Below, piece after piece: positions 47,541 to 56,681 of a DNA stretch of 64,000 nucleotides. Source of the stretch: Bdellovibrionales bacterium. GTDB taxonomy: Bacteria; Bdellovibrionota; Bdellovibrionia; Bdellovibrionales; JAGQZY01. The stretch covers positions 544,001 to 608,000 of the forward strand of contig CAXRHT010000003.1 of the NCBI GenBank assembly GCA_964230645.1, given 5' to 3'. The notes under the pieces were generated by a model. It had not been told where the DNA came from, searched no databases, and was given only the letters and a program-made list of their open reading frames with translations. Position 1 is the first letter of the stretch, and the number at the start of each line of letters is the position of its first letter. A program made the position numbers and the translations under genes.

Positions 47541-47672
47541 TGCCGTCTTGAGGCGAAATGAAAATGTCGTCCTGATGAGAAGCAAAAAAATTGTCGTCCT
47601 GATGAGAAGCAAAAAAATTGTCGTCCTGAGGCGAAGCAAAAAAATTGTCGTCCTGAGGCGAAGCCGAAGGAC
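47541..47672. repeat. 27-bp tandem repeat (4 copies + 1 degenerate) ending in a REP-like hairpin
   Basis: TGTCGTCCTGA..GAAGCAAAAAAAT at 47565, 47592, 47619 and 47646. Confidence 0.9.
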
Positions 47673-47700
47673 CTTTGGAACCTCGGTCGAAGCCCTCGTC

Positions 47701-47874
47701 TCCCCATAGTATTGTTTATAATAAATTTCTTCAGGGCCGGCATCCATGACGGCCACATGCGAAGCTGTACAGCTTCGCATGCCGTGGCCCTTGCTTGTGT
47801 TTCTCCCTGCGGGCGAAAACGCGTCACGCTCACAAGAGCCCTTACGAAAATTATTATAAACAATACTATGGGGA
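47701..47874. mobile_element. MITE-like or structured element with 37-bp terminal inverted repeats
   Basis: 47701-47737 versus 47838-47874 are reverse complements with 3 mismatches; internal palindromes. Confidence 0.5.
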
Positions 47875-48096
47875 CCGTGGATCAAGCGAAAACTTAAAAA
47901 AAAGGCCCCCCTTGAATGACTTTGTTGGATCTTATTTTTTTGTAGCAATGTGGGTGCTTAGACTACAAATGTATGTTCAGCTATTTTAATTAGTTATCTA
48001 CATCGCGACAAAAGGAAAAATGAGAGCCCAAAATGACAAATTTCCGTTCGCCTTGCAAAAATTACAGCTGAAATTAAAAAGAACTCCTTTTCACCC

Positions 48097-48112
48097 TGGT
48101 TTTCAACTTGCA
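48097..48112 (+). promoter_or_regulatory. sigma54-type -24/-12 element
   Basis: TGGTTTTCAACTTGCA (GG-N10-GC), 27 nt before ATG 48140. Confidence 0.45.
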
Positions 48113-48139
48113 TCGAAATAGCAGGCAAAGGAGCGATTT

Positions 48140-48643
48140 ATGAAAAAACTGATATTCTCTTTTATAGCGATTTCATTAATGTACGGGCAAAATTTGTGGG
48201 CTGGGGAATTCAATCATTCCGTGGCCATCAATATTCAGAGTCTTCAAATCAATGTGCCCAACTCTTCTGGAGAGCATAGATTAACATTGCTCATTTACCT
48301 GCAAGGTCGCTCCACCGGCCATCTCACCCTTATCGAAGACATAAATTTGGGCTCTCATCATGTGAACCGCCCCCTCGGAGAAGCTGAGATCGGTGACTGG
48401 ATTGAAATTTCACAACACAGTTTCAATGGAGCCATTTATCGTGGAGGTCTCCTAGGTCAGGATCAAGAGGGTTACGATTTGGTTTTTAAAGTCAAACGCT
48501 ACCGTACTGTTATTGATCAGGTTCACCTCTCTTTTGCTCTTTCAACCGACGCTTTAGTCAGGCAGTACCGCAGCCCCGTTCCCTTCCGGGTGAATGATCC
48601 ACAGGGCAGAGATTTTATTGAAATGGCTGTTCTTCTTGAATAA
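48140..48643 (+). CDS. Secreted hypothetical protein
   Basis: MKKLIF.. signal peptide, RBS AAGGAG. Confidence 0.7.
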   Translation: MKKLIFSFIAISLMYGQNLWAGEFNHSVAINIQSLQINVPNSSGEHRLTLLIYLQGRSTGHLTLIEDINLGSHHVNRPLGEAEIGDWIEISQHSFNGAIYRGGLLGQDQEGYDLVFKVKRYRTVIDQVHLSFALSTDALVRQYRSPVPFRVNDPQGRDFIEMAVLLE

Positions 48644-48660
48644 ATCAAGATCGAAGGGGC

Positions 48661-51600
48661 TTAAAAGACATCTCGACACATGATGACCCCCGCATTCCCT
48701 TGGATGCGGTCAAAAGCCTGTTCCACCATAGGATTGGGTACATTCATGCGCCCCCTTTCCCGTTGAGCACTTTCACTACTCGTTAGGACGGTGGAATCGC
48801 GACGATCCAGGCGCTCTTGTTGTCGATCAAACTCTTCTCCGCTGGCGATCGCTGTGAAGCGCACATCGTTTTCTAAAAATTGATCCACACTCATTCGATC
48901 GAGAGTCAAATCGGCCCAGGTTTTGGCTTCACCTTGCTCACGTTTAATGAGTGCATTACGTCCTCTCAAGAAACTTTTTTTCCGGGCTAAGGAATCTTTA
49001 ATATGACGACGTATCGTTCGGCGATCAAAATTATTTCCAAGCCACTTGTCCATTAAGTCTCTTGCGACTCGCCGAGTGTATGTTCCCACTTTTGCATTCT
49101 TGGTTTGATTAATAAGAAGGAATCGCTCCCACCACTTCCTTTGCCCCAACGAATAAACCTGCACGTTTAACAGCAAATCAGAGACCATTTTTAGTACTTC
49201 CTCTGGAGCGTTCGCTGGAACTTGAAAGTTTCTGGATTCTAAGTGATTGAGATATTTAAGGTGCTCATAAAGTTGTGAGCGCGACCAGCCCACATGAGCA
49301 AGACGAGCTCTCAAAGAGACCTGCTCTAACACAAGCTGCTTCATTACGGCTTCCGTTAAGAGTGGAAGGGTCTTTTTTTGGTTTTCTGAAAGACCCTGAT
49401 AACCCGTGATATAGCTTTCCATTTGTTGCACATTTCTCTCAAAACTTCGGGCCATAAGAGTTTCTAAAACGTTTTGGTCACTGAGAATGTATTGTTCACT
49501 GTTCATTTCCCAAAGAGGTAAGTTTGATAAGACGACATGGCCCATTTGAGCCTTTGGAGAACGCCAAACCTCAAGGTCTCCCTCATGGTAAGAGGTTCCA
49601 AACCAAGCTATATTCCACAGCACTCCGTGGCGTTTTATAACTTCTCCTTTAAAACGGTGCACGACCACATTGTCTACATCGGACTGCTCGCCCATTACAT
49701 AGTTGAAAAGTTGCTTTGCTTTTTTATAAAGATAATTCTCACTGGGTTTTGTAAAAAAGCGGCGACGAGTAAGAGGAACACGCATTCCCAGTTCGTAGTA
49801 GGGGCGACCTTCAGCTTCTGCCAGGCTTATATCCTCTCCATTTTCAACAGCCTCCTTAAGATCACCGAGGCTGGAGTACTCAAGCACACCGGGTGTGAGT
49901 TCTCTTGGTGAAATAAGGTCTTTTAAAGTCTGTCTCTGGGATGACTGGGAAACGATACGGAGATTGATGCCATGCTCAACGGCCGCTCTCCTTAGATCAT
50001 CAAGCTTTGCGTAATCCCAAACGTTTCTTGAGTTGTTTTCGTTTTGGCCAGATGTGTCTCCGAAATCATTGGCTAAGAGAATGATCGTCTTTCCTTTAAA
50101 GTCTTCCGCTAAAGAGGTGCGATATTCAGAGTAGGGATCATTAGGATCTGCCACATCATTGAGGTCGGTCAGCCTTTCCATAAAAGAGATAAAGTTTTTA
50201 TAAGAGAGGTCCCAAATATCCAAATCTGTTTGAAGGTAATCATGGGCGAGAGTTTTCCATGATTCATAGGCCGTTCTTCCCATACGATGATTGGTCACCA
50301 GAAGAAAATCAGAATCGGGAGTTTTCATATAGTCATCGGCTACACTTAGAGTATGAAGACGACTTTGAATTGTCTGTAGCTGTTGACCACTGTTTTGACC
50401 CAGGCGATCGATATCAAGATCGACTTTATTCACTGTTGTGCGATAAGAGTCAGCGGCCGGGCTTACACCGACGACAAATTCTAAAATTTTAGACTGCCCA
50501 CGACGGAGATTTAAGATTTCTTGAATAAAACCGTCTCCAATTTTTAAAGGCTCTCCGGCTTTGTTAAAGAACTCCACGTCGGTCGCTCCTAAATCGCCAC
50601 CAATACGTTCAAAGTATTGAATCAGATGGCGACCAATTTCAGATTCGCCCCCAAAATCTTGGCCTGAGACATTGGTGACTTTTAAAATAAACCGGCCAGC
50701 CTCTCCTCGCGCTAAACTGGGAGGAGTATCGATGGGCTCAATTAAAACAGGGAACTGTACTGTAAACTCTTTTACGCCCTCAGGGCTTTGATTAAATTCA
50801 GGGATCACGCGAGCCACCTGAGCCACATCCGCTGTCCCTTTAGGACGAATCATTTCCTGGCGCACAAAGGGCTCTTGGGTTGGGCCCGTGAATAAATAAT
50901 CTTTTACGTTGAACTCGATCTCTAGGGGATCTCCATTTTCTGTCTGTACTTGGCGGACCTCTCCTGGCTCTAGACCCTCCGGGAGTGAAAATTCAATTTC
51001 ATCAGTGACATAGTATGCACCACTCGCAACCTTCACCCGGGCTTTTGCGTTCGCTGGTGTCGGCATATCTCCTAAGTTTCTAACAAAAATATCTTTTAAG
51101 TATCCTTTTTCACCCGGTTCAAAAATTCCATCGGATTTTTCTCCACGGTTCACATCCACAAATGAAAACCCTGCCAGCTGTAGACGAAAGCGATCTCTGT
51201 GGGTGGAAATCACCTCACCATTGTCACCGATAATTTCCCACTCGACCGTTCCGGTGTTTCCATCATCCCCTCGGTAAAGCGGGGAGTTCTCCTCATTGCC
51301 ATCACTTCCAGAAGAGCCACTGAAACCATTGGGGGCCTGCTTGGTTACGGTAACAGTATAAGTTTCTGTTGAGGTGTTACCGTCACTATCGGTTGTTGTT
51401 CGGGTTCGGGTTTCTTGTTCTTGATAAGTACCGCCCATGCCACCTGAGCCGCCACTCCCACCATCACCCGCTCTTCCATGCTCGCCATGTTCACCACCTA
51501 ATCCAGCGGGGGTAAGAGGGTCGATCACCCAAGCTAATTCTAGATGGTCAACAGGGAGTTGAATTTTTAGGTGGCCTCCATCGGCACCATCAGCGCCATC

Positions 51601-52227
51601 GGCGGCTGTGCCGGCATCACCACCGCGACCACCGTTACCACCATCGCCGCCGCGTTGGTTTCCAATACCGTTGCCACCGTCACCGCCGTCACCACCATTT
51701 TCGCCCCAGCCACCGTAACCGCCCATGCCTCCATTTCCTCCGCGGGCGACAAGACGAATAAAACCATTTTCATCAATATAGACTTTACGTTTTCCAAACT
51801 CGATTTCATTGCCATCGTCGGCTCTTAAATAGCCATCAATCGTCAGCAGTCCCACGACAGAATCCGTTGTCCCGAAACGAAAAAAACCTTCTCCAGCTCT
51901 CTCACCAGGTGCAGCTTCTTCTCCGGCCCCGCCATCTCGACCGTCTCTACCATTTGAGCCATCACCCCCAGCAAAACCACTACTTCCATCCGAGGCTTGC
52001 TGACCACGAAAGCTCACCCCGTCTTGCCCGTCGTCTCCTTTGACTCCGGAGACACTGAATTCAAAAAGGGTGTCTGACCATCGAGACCCCTGTTGAATAT
52101 AGAGGCCGTCGCTATCGGTTCTGGTTTCTCTCAAATTATCGTCATCAGCAAAAACGAATGAAAAAGTGAAAAACGTCACAACGGCGAGGGCATGTTTAAA
52201 CTTTTGACATTTTAGTGTCCTGAGCAT
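48661..52227 (-). CDS. Large secreted protein with Gly-rich (G-x-x-G) region and conserved-looking beta domains
   Basis: Signal-like leader from ATG 52227; GGDGGDGG/GADGADGG tracts; DGIFEPGE..VRN.G.MPTP; the longer ORF start (52383) lies inside a terminator. Confidence 0.8.
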   Translation of the reverse strand: MLRTLKCQKFKHALAVVTFFTFSFVFADDDNLRETRTDSDGLYIQQGSRWSDTLFEFSVSGVKGDDGQDGVSFRGQQASDGSSGFAGGDGSNGRDGRDGGAGEEAAPGERAGEGFFRFGTTDSVVGLLTIDGYLRADDGNEIEFGKRKVYIDENGFIRLVARGGNGGMGGYGGWGENGGDGGDGGNGIGNQRGGDGGNGGRGGDAGTAADGADGADGGHLKIQLPVDHLELAWVIDPLTPAGLGGEHGEHGRAGDGGSGGSGGMGGTYQEQETRTRTTTDSDGNTSTETYTVTVTKQAPNGFSGSSGSDGNEENSPLYRGDDGNTGTVEWEIIGDNGEVISTHRDRFRLQLAGFSFVDVNRGEKSDGIFEPGEKGYLKDIFVRNLGDMPTPANAKARVKVASGAYYVTDEIEFSLPEGLEPGEVRQVQTENGDPLEIEFNVKDYLFTGPTQEPFVRQEMIRPKGTADVAQVARVIPEFNQSPEGVKEFTVQFPVLIEPIDTPPSLARGEAGRFILKVTNVSGQDFGGESEIGRHLIQYFERIGGDLGATDVEFFNKAGEPLKIGDGFIQEILNLRRGQSKILEFVVGVSPAADSYRTTVNKVDLDIDRLGQNSGQQLQTIQSRLHTLSVADDYMKTPDSDFLLVTNHRMGRTAYESWKTLAHDYLQTDLDIWDLSYKNFISFMERLTDLNDVADPNDPYSEYRTSLAEDFKGKTIILLANDFGDTSGQNENNSRNVWDYAKLDDLRRAAVEHGINLRIVSQSSQRQTLKDLISPRELTPGVLEYSSLGDLKEAVENGEDISLAEAEGRPYYELGMRVPLTRRRFFTKPSENYLYKKAKQLFNYVMGEQSDVDNVVVHRFKGEVIKRHGVLWNIAWFGTSYHEGDLEVWRSPKAQMGHVVLSNLPLWEMNSEQYILSDQNVLETLMARSFERNVQQMESYITGYQGLSENQKKTLPLLTEAVMKQLVLEQVSLRARLAHVGWSRSQLYEHLKYLNHLESRNFQVPANAPEEVLKMVSDLLLNVQVYSLGQRKWWERFLLINQTKNAKVGTYTRRVARDLMDKWLGNNFDRRTIRRHIKDSLARKKSFLRGRNALIKREQGEAKTWADLTLDRMSVDQFLENDVRFTAIASGEEFDRQQERLDRRDSTVLTSSESAQRERGRMNVPNPMVEQAFDRIQGNAGVIMCRDVF

Positions 52228-52295
52228 GGGTTTACTCCAAAATATGTGGGGCCCAGTGGGGCATTTAAAAAAATCTACGAATAAGACTCTGAAAA

Positions 52296-52311
52296 TGCAG
52301 GGCTTGTGCCA
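52296..52311 (-). promoter_or_regulatory. sigma54-type promoter
   Basis: TGGCACAAGCCCTGCA, one mismatch to TGGCACRNNNNTTGCW. Confidence 0.6.
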
Positions 52312-52365
52312 GGGCAAAGAGAATGCTTTAGAAAATATGTCGTAAAATTGCGATGGGGTAGGGAG

Positions 52366-52401
52366 AAAAGAAAAAGCCAGCATTCTTAAAAAGCTGGCTT
52401 T
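52366..52401 (-). terminator. Rho-independent terminator after hpt
   Basis: AAAGCCAGC-N11-GCTGGCTTT stem followed by a U-rich tract on the minus strand. Confidence 0.8.
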
Positions 52402-52431
52402 GGCAATCCATTGTCTGTTTATGACTGGAGT

Positions 52432-52962
52432 TTAATTAAAATCAGAACTTTGAGCAATATAAGGAAGATTGCGATAGTAGCCTTGGTAATCGAGTCCGTA
52501 CCCAACGACAAAGCGATTTTCTATTTCAAAGCCGACATGATCAATCGTGCAATCGGTTTTCAATGCGGCTGGCTTAAAAAGAAGGGAAGTGGTGACCAAT
52601 CGTTTTGGCATACGGGCTTGAATGTTCTTTTTAAGATAATTCATAGTAAGACCGGTATCGACGATGTCTTCAACAAGTAAAACATTTTTTCCTTCTAAGG
52701 GAACAGTGAGATCCAAAGTCGTTTTTACTTCTCCAGAGGATTGAGTGGTGCCACCATAAGAAGAGACTCCAAAAAATTCGCATTGAATATCAAGGTCCAT
52801 ACTTCTCACTAAATCCGCAAAATACATGCAAGAACCTTTAAGAATACAAATCGCGGTAAGGTCTTCTCCTTTGAACTCGTCAGTGAGTTTCTTGCCAATT
52901 TCTGAGACCTTTTTTTCAATGTCTTCGGCACTAATTAGTTCTGTGAGATTTAATGGTTTCAT
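52432..52962 (-). CDS. hpt: Hypoxanthine phosphoribosyltransferase
   Basis: ILKGS, SSYG, VLLVEDIVDTGLT, FVVGYGLDY, RNLPYI. Confidence 0.96.
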   Translation of the reverse strand: MKPLNLTELISAEDIEKKVSEIGKKLTDEFKGEDLTAICILKGSCMYFADLVRSMDLDIQCEFFGVSSYGGTTQSSGEVKTTLDLTVPLEGKNVLLVEDIVDTGLTMNYLKKNIQARMPKRLVTTSLLFKPAALKTDCTIDHVGFEIENRFVVGYGLDYQGYYRNLPYIAQSSDFN

Positions 52963-52980
52963 GGCTAAAAACTCCCCTTT

Positions 52981-53787
52981 TTAAACAAACGAATTATTGA
53001 TCAACTCTCCCACACCTCCGGCCCCGGGGACAATATACTGGCTGTCATTGAGGCCTTTTTCTTCGTCCCAGTGCTTTCCTGGCACCTCACTCAGCACTTT
53101 TTCGGGCGAAAAGCCGCGATCAAGCCTGGCGGAGTAGACGATAACATCAGGATGGGTTTCGGTAATCTTTCTTATAAATTCCGGTGTGATAATCATATGA
53201 GCGGAGATGATTTGGCGAGCTTTGCCGTCGACCTTATTTTTGTAGTGGTCGATCACCTCACATAAAGAGGAGCCTGTGGCACCCATCGGATCGGGGATCA
53301 GTAAGATAGCGTCATCCACATCTCCTCCGATTTTTGAAGAATTCAACTCTGTGTGGGTGACCTCTCCTTTTTCATTGGTCACTCTTGAAGCAAAAATATG
53401 ATCCAGCCTTAAACCTTGAGGAGTCACAATTTCATTGAGTTCATCAAAAAATATTTGAGCCGGTAGCATTCCCGCACGCGCCACATCAACACAAACGGCT
53501 TTCTGAGAGATTTCAAAGAAGGTCTCTTTTAGTTTCACTTCCGGATGCATCGTGGTCATTCTTGTAGGCCGCTCTTCTTCCTTCTTTGGCCACTGACCGT
53601 TCATGATCTGAATAAAGAGTTGTTTAAAAATCTTTTTGATATAGCGGTTAAACTGGGGTTGGCCACAATTCTCACCCGAGGCCACGCCACAAAGGTGATT
53701 TAGGTAAGGGTCGTCGAGAAGGACAATATTTTCTGGATACTCATGTTTGATTTGTAGAGGCTGCCAAGACATGGCCCCTATGTACAC
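52981..53787 (-). CDS. upp: Uracil phosphoribosyltransferase-like protein
   Basis: RAG, DPMGATGSS PRPP loop, LND.QYIVPG.G. Confidence 0.8.
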   Translation of the reverse strand: MYIGAMSWQPLQIKHEYPENIVLLDDPYLNHLCGVASGENCGQPQFNRYIKKIFKQLFIQIMNGQWPKKEEERPTRMTTMHPEVKLKETFFEISQKAVCVDVARAGMLPAQIFFDELNEIVTPQGLRLDHIFASRVTNEKGEVTHTELNSSKIGGDVDDAILLIPDPMGATGSSLCEVIDHYKNKVDGKARQIISAHMIITPEFIRKITETHPDVIVYSARLDRGFSPEKVLSEVPGKHWDEEKGLNDSQYIVPGAGGVGELINNSFV

Positions 53788-54744
53788 TCACTTCACTTCA
53801 AGGACAAGGGCGATGTCGCTTAAGGAATCCATGAATTCCTCATTGTTAAGAATCTGGAGCTTGCGGCTTCCTTCAAAGAGATTCCTCTCTTCTTGAGTAA
53901 AATCAAGATCATGCACGCCAATATCCACGATAAAAGCGCTGTCCTGAGTTCGCATATTAATGTCAAAGGTCAGTGGGGGAGAGGGTTCCTCGTCTAATTT
54001 TAGCTGATTCCAAAATCGAACCTCAGCTTTAATGGATTCAGGGCTTGAGTCTTCAGCAACAATCACCTGGGCATAGAAACCAAAATTGAGTCCCGTTTCT
54101 AGATCCTGCTCGCCTATGAATAAATTAACGGGCTCTCCCAATTGGTACTGTTTTCTCTGGTTTCCGAAACTATTAAACTCTTGTTTATTGCTTCCCCGAA
54201 ATTGAGTGGCAAATTGATCGGTTACTATAAAAACTCCCTGTTCCAGTTTGCGAGCGGACTGAGAGAGAGTCTCCAAACCGTTTCGAGTGATACTGTAAAC
54301 TTTCACACTCAATTGTTTTTGTAATTGCGGTGCTGAATTTTCGGATGGTGGTGGGTTTTGCCTAAGAGAAGCCTGCTCTGAGGGCGCTTGCCGTCCTTGT
54401 AGGTTTTGCACACTTTCAGTTTCACTTTGAAAGCTTTCAACCGCTTGCGGCTCACTGACGGAATCATCTCTAGCAATGGTAGAGGAGACGGGAGGAAGAT
54501 TACTGCGGCTATCTGTCTTATCGGTGCGAGGAATAAAGTTATCTCTTAAAACAACGACGAATATAACCAGGAACAATAAACCCAACTGAACCATCCAATT
54601 TCCCAAGATTTTTTTCCATCTTGGTTTTTGTGGGGGTTCATAGGACTCCATATTGATCCCACATCCAGCGCAATACTGGTCCTTGGGTTGGAGCAAGTTA
54701 CATTTGGGACAATTAATCATCATGATTGGGTCCTGGTTCGCCAA
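53788..54744 (-). CDS. Zinc-ribbon, single-TM hypothetical protein
   Basis: CPKC..C.GC, then TM and low-complexity linker. Confidence 0.7.
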   Translation of the reverse strand: MANQDPIMMINCPKCNLLQPKDQYCAGCGINMESYEPPQKPRWKKILGNWMVQLGLLFLVIFVVVLRDNFIPRTDKTDSRSNLPPVSSTIARDDSVSEPQAVESFQSETESVQNLQGRQAPSEQASLRQNPPPSENSAPQLQKQLSVKVYSITRNGLETLSQSARKLEQGVFIVTDQFATQFRGSNKQEFNSFGNQRKQYQLGEPVNLFIGEQDLETGLNFGFYAQVIVAEDSSPESIKAEVRFWNQLKLDEEPSPPLTFDINMRTQDSAFIVDIGVHDLDFTQEERNLFEGSRKLQILNNEEFMDSLSDIALVLEVK

Positions 54745-54793
54745 ATTAAGTTTAGCACAGCCAGACCGAGGGTAAGGCGGAATTCTGACAAAT

Positions 54794-54865
54794 TTGACGC
54801 CATACGTCGAATGCCGTAAAGTGGAGAAAAGTGGGAAAAAGTGGAACCAAAGTGGTTCAAAGTGG
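54794..54865 (+). promoter_or_regulatory. dcw promoter with five MraZ-type boxes
   Basis: TTGACG-N17-TAAAGT; AAAGTGG with GTGG at 54821, 54831, 54841, 54852 and 54862. Confidence 0.85.
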
Positions 54866-54892
54866 AATTCCCAGCAAACCTAGGACGGGTAA

Positions 54893-55357
54893 GTGGAAGA
54901 GCTAAGAGGGCGATTCGAAATTAAGATGGATCAGAAAGGAAGAATGAACTTCCCTTCCGCCCTTTTCAACGAGGAAAACTCGTCCTTTGTCGTAACCAAT
55001 AGTCAGTACCAAGGATGCCGTTGTCTGGACATATATCCCAAACAAGAGTGGGAAAAGCTGGAAAAGAAAATTTCCGGACTTTCGCCACTTAAAAAAGAGG
55101 TCCAAGCATTTCAACGTTTCTACATCGCTGGCGGACAACCAATCGAGGCCGGGAACAAAGGTCGAGTTCTCATTCCTAAAAGCTTAAGGGAGTACGCAAA
55201 CCTCCAAGACGAGATCGTCATTGTGGGAATGGGCACAAAATTAGAAGTTTGGAACCTTGCCGATTGGAACAAAATCTTTGATAACTTGGCCAGCGATTTC
55301 GAAGACACTCTTGGAGTGATCGCGAATCTGGATATGGGAGTAGAAAATGCATCATAA
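54893..55357 (+). CDS. mraZ: Transcriptional repressor MraZ
   Basis: DQKGR..P, KGRVLIP..LREYA.L, LEVW. Confidence 0.93.
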   Translation: MEELRGRFEIKMDQKGRMNFPSALFNEENSSFVVTNSQYQGCRCLDIYPKQEWEKLEKKISGLSPLKKEVQAFQRFYIAGGQPIEAGNKGRVLIPKSLREYANLQDEIVIVGMGTKLEVWNLADWNKIFDNLASDFEDTLGVIANLDMGVENAS

Positions 55358-56279
55358 TAACAACAACAATAATAATCATTATCCCGTAATGCTAAACGAA
55401 GTAATGGAAATGTTTTCCCAAGCCAATGTGGAAAAGCCTAAAAACTATCTTGATGGAACTTTCGGACGTGGAGGGCACGCCGAAAAAGTATCCAGCCAAT
55501 TTCCTGAACTTGATATCTATGCCCTTGATAAAGATAAAGAAGCCATTGATTTTGCTAAAAAGAATTGGGAGCAACAATCAAAGGCTAAAAAATTCTTTAT
55601 CGAACAAGCCAGTTTCAACAGTCTCGATAAAGTGATCGAGAACCGCAACTGGCCTCAAAAGTATGACATGATTCTCTTGGACCTTGGTGTCAGTTCCCCC
55701 CAATTGGACCAAGGTTCGAGAGGTTTTTCTTTTTATCATCAGGGTCCCCTCGATATGAGAATGGACCAACGCTCACCCTTAACGGCTGAGGAAATTATTA
55801 ACTATTGGAGTGAAGAAGAGCTTGTCGATATCTTTAAAGATTACGGCGAAGTTTTTAAACCCTACAATGTTGTAAAAACAATTCTTCGTGAAAGAAAAAA
55901 GAACACGATTTCTTCTACTCAAGAGCTTTCAAGCCTTATTGAAAAGTCTATTGGTTGGAGAAAAAAAGGGAAGCACCCGGCCACGAAGTACTTTATGGCT
56001 TTAAGGCTTGTGGTGAACAAGGAGCTGGAAGACCTAAAAGACGGTCTACAAACGCTTATGAAGCGTCTTGTTCCCGGTGGCCGTTTAGTAGTTATCACTT
56101 TCCATTCTTTAGAAGATCGTATCGTAAAACAAGTTTTTAGGAATTCTGACTACGGACAGCCAGTTAATAAGAAAGTGGTTAAACCCACTAGAGACGAGCA
56201 ACTGGAAAACCGCAGATCGCGAAGTGCTAAGCTTCGCGCCTTTGAGAGAATTATTGAAGAAAGTATTAAAGATTTATAA
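55347..56279 (+). CDS. rsmH: 16S rRNA m4C1402 methyltransferase RsmH
   Basis: H.PVML.E, DGTFGRGGH, DLGVSSPQLD, PLDMRM, FHSLEDR, RSRSAKLR. Confidence 0.97.
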   Translation: MHHNNNNNNNHYPVMLNEVMEMFSQANVEKPKNYLDGTFGRGGHAEKVSSQFPELDIYALDKDKEAIDFAKKNWEQQSKAKKFFIEQASFNSLDKVIENRNWPQKYDMILLDLGVSSPQLDQGSRGFSFYHQGPLDMRMDQRSPLTAEEIINYWSEEELVDIFKDYGEVFKPYNVVKTILRERKKNTISSTQELSSLIEKSIGWRKKGKHPATKYFMALRLVVNKELEDLKDGLQTLMKRLVPGGRLVVITFHSLEDRIVKQVFRNSDYGQPVNKKVVKPTRDEQLENRRSRSAKLRAFERIIEESIKDL

Positions 56280-56329
56280 AAATTATTGGAATCACGAAGA
56301 GCCCAAACAGAAAAGATCAGGAGGATCAA

Positions 56330-56629
56330 ATGAGTCGAGAGCAAGCCAAATCAATTAAGCCATTTATTAGTGTCATTCTATTTATGTGTTTTATGTTCAC
56401 ATTTGCTTTTGTGAAAATGGAAAACAGAAGAATGGGATATTCTTTTATGAAACTCGCCCACCAGGAAAAACTCATGCGTAACAAACAAAGAGAAAAATCC
56501 ATCCAATTAGCTCGCATGACTGGCCCTGAAAGACTGCAACTCGTTGCCACTCAAAAACTTCCCTTGAAAAAGGCGGATGCCAGTCAAATAATCCAGATGA
56601 CTGGTGATGGAATGGCGATTGTTCAATAA
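56330..56629 (+). CDS. ftsL: FtsL-like cell division protein
   Basis: Short cytoplasmic N-terminus, one TM, coiled coil, PERL..A; located after rsmH. Confidence 0.7.
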   Translation: MSREQAKSIKPFISVILFMCFMFTFAFVKMENRRMGYSFMKLAHQEKLMRNKQREKSIQLARMTGPERLQLVATQKLPLKKADASQIIQMTGDGMAIVQ

Positions 56630-56681
56630 AAACTTTAACCGACTCTGATTTCTAAACGTCTCCTAAAGTAGGAGGGAGATT

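Noticed and set aside
47553..47610. Hammerhead ribozyme (CTGATGAG and CGAAA present)
   Set aside because: There is no room for stem I between GTC and CTGATGA, and no closing stem II with GAAA.
47541..47672. CRISPR array
   Set aside because: Units are directly adjacent with no unique spacers, and no cas genes are present.
47502..47989. ORFs 47502-47948, 47537-47863, 47712-47897 and 47795-47989
   Set aside because: They are translations of the tandem and inverted repeats, with no protein-like features.
52228..52383. N-terminal extension of the 1240-aa ORF
   Set aside because: It overlaps the hpt terminator and a sigma54-type promoter; ATG 52227 gives a signal-like leader.
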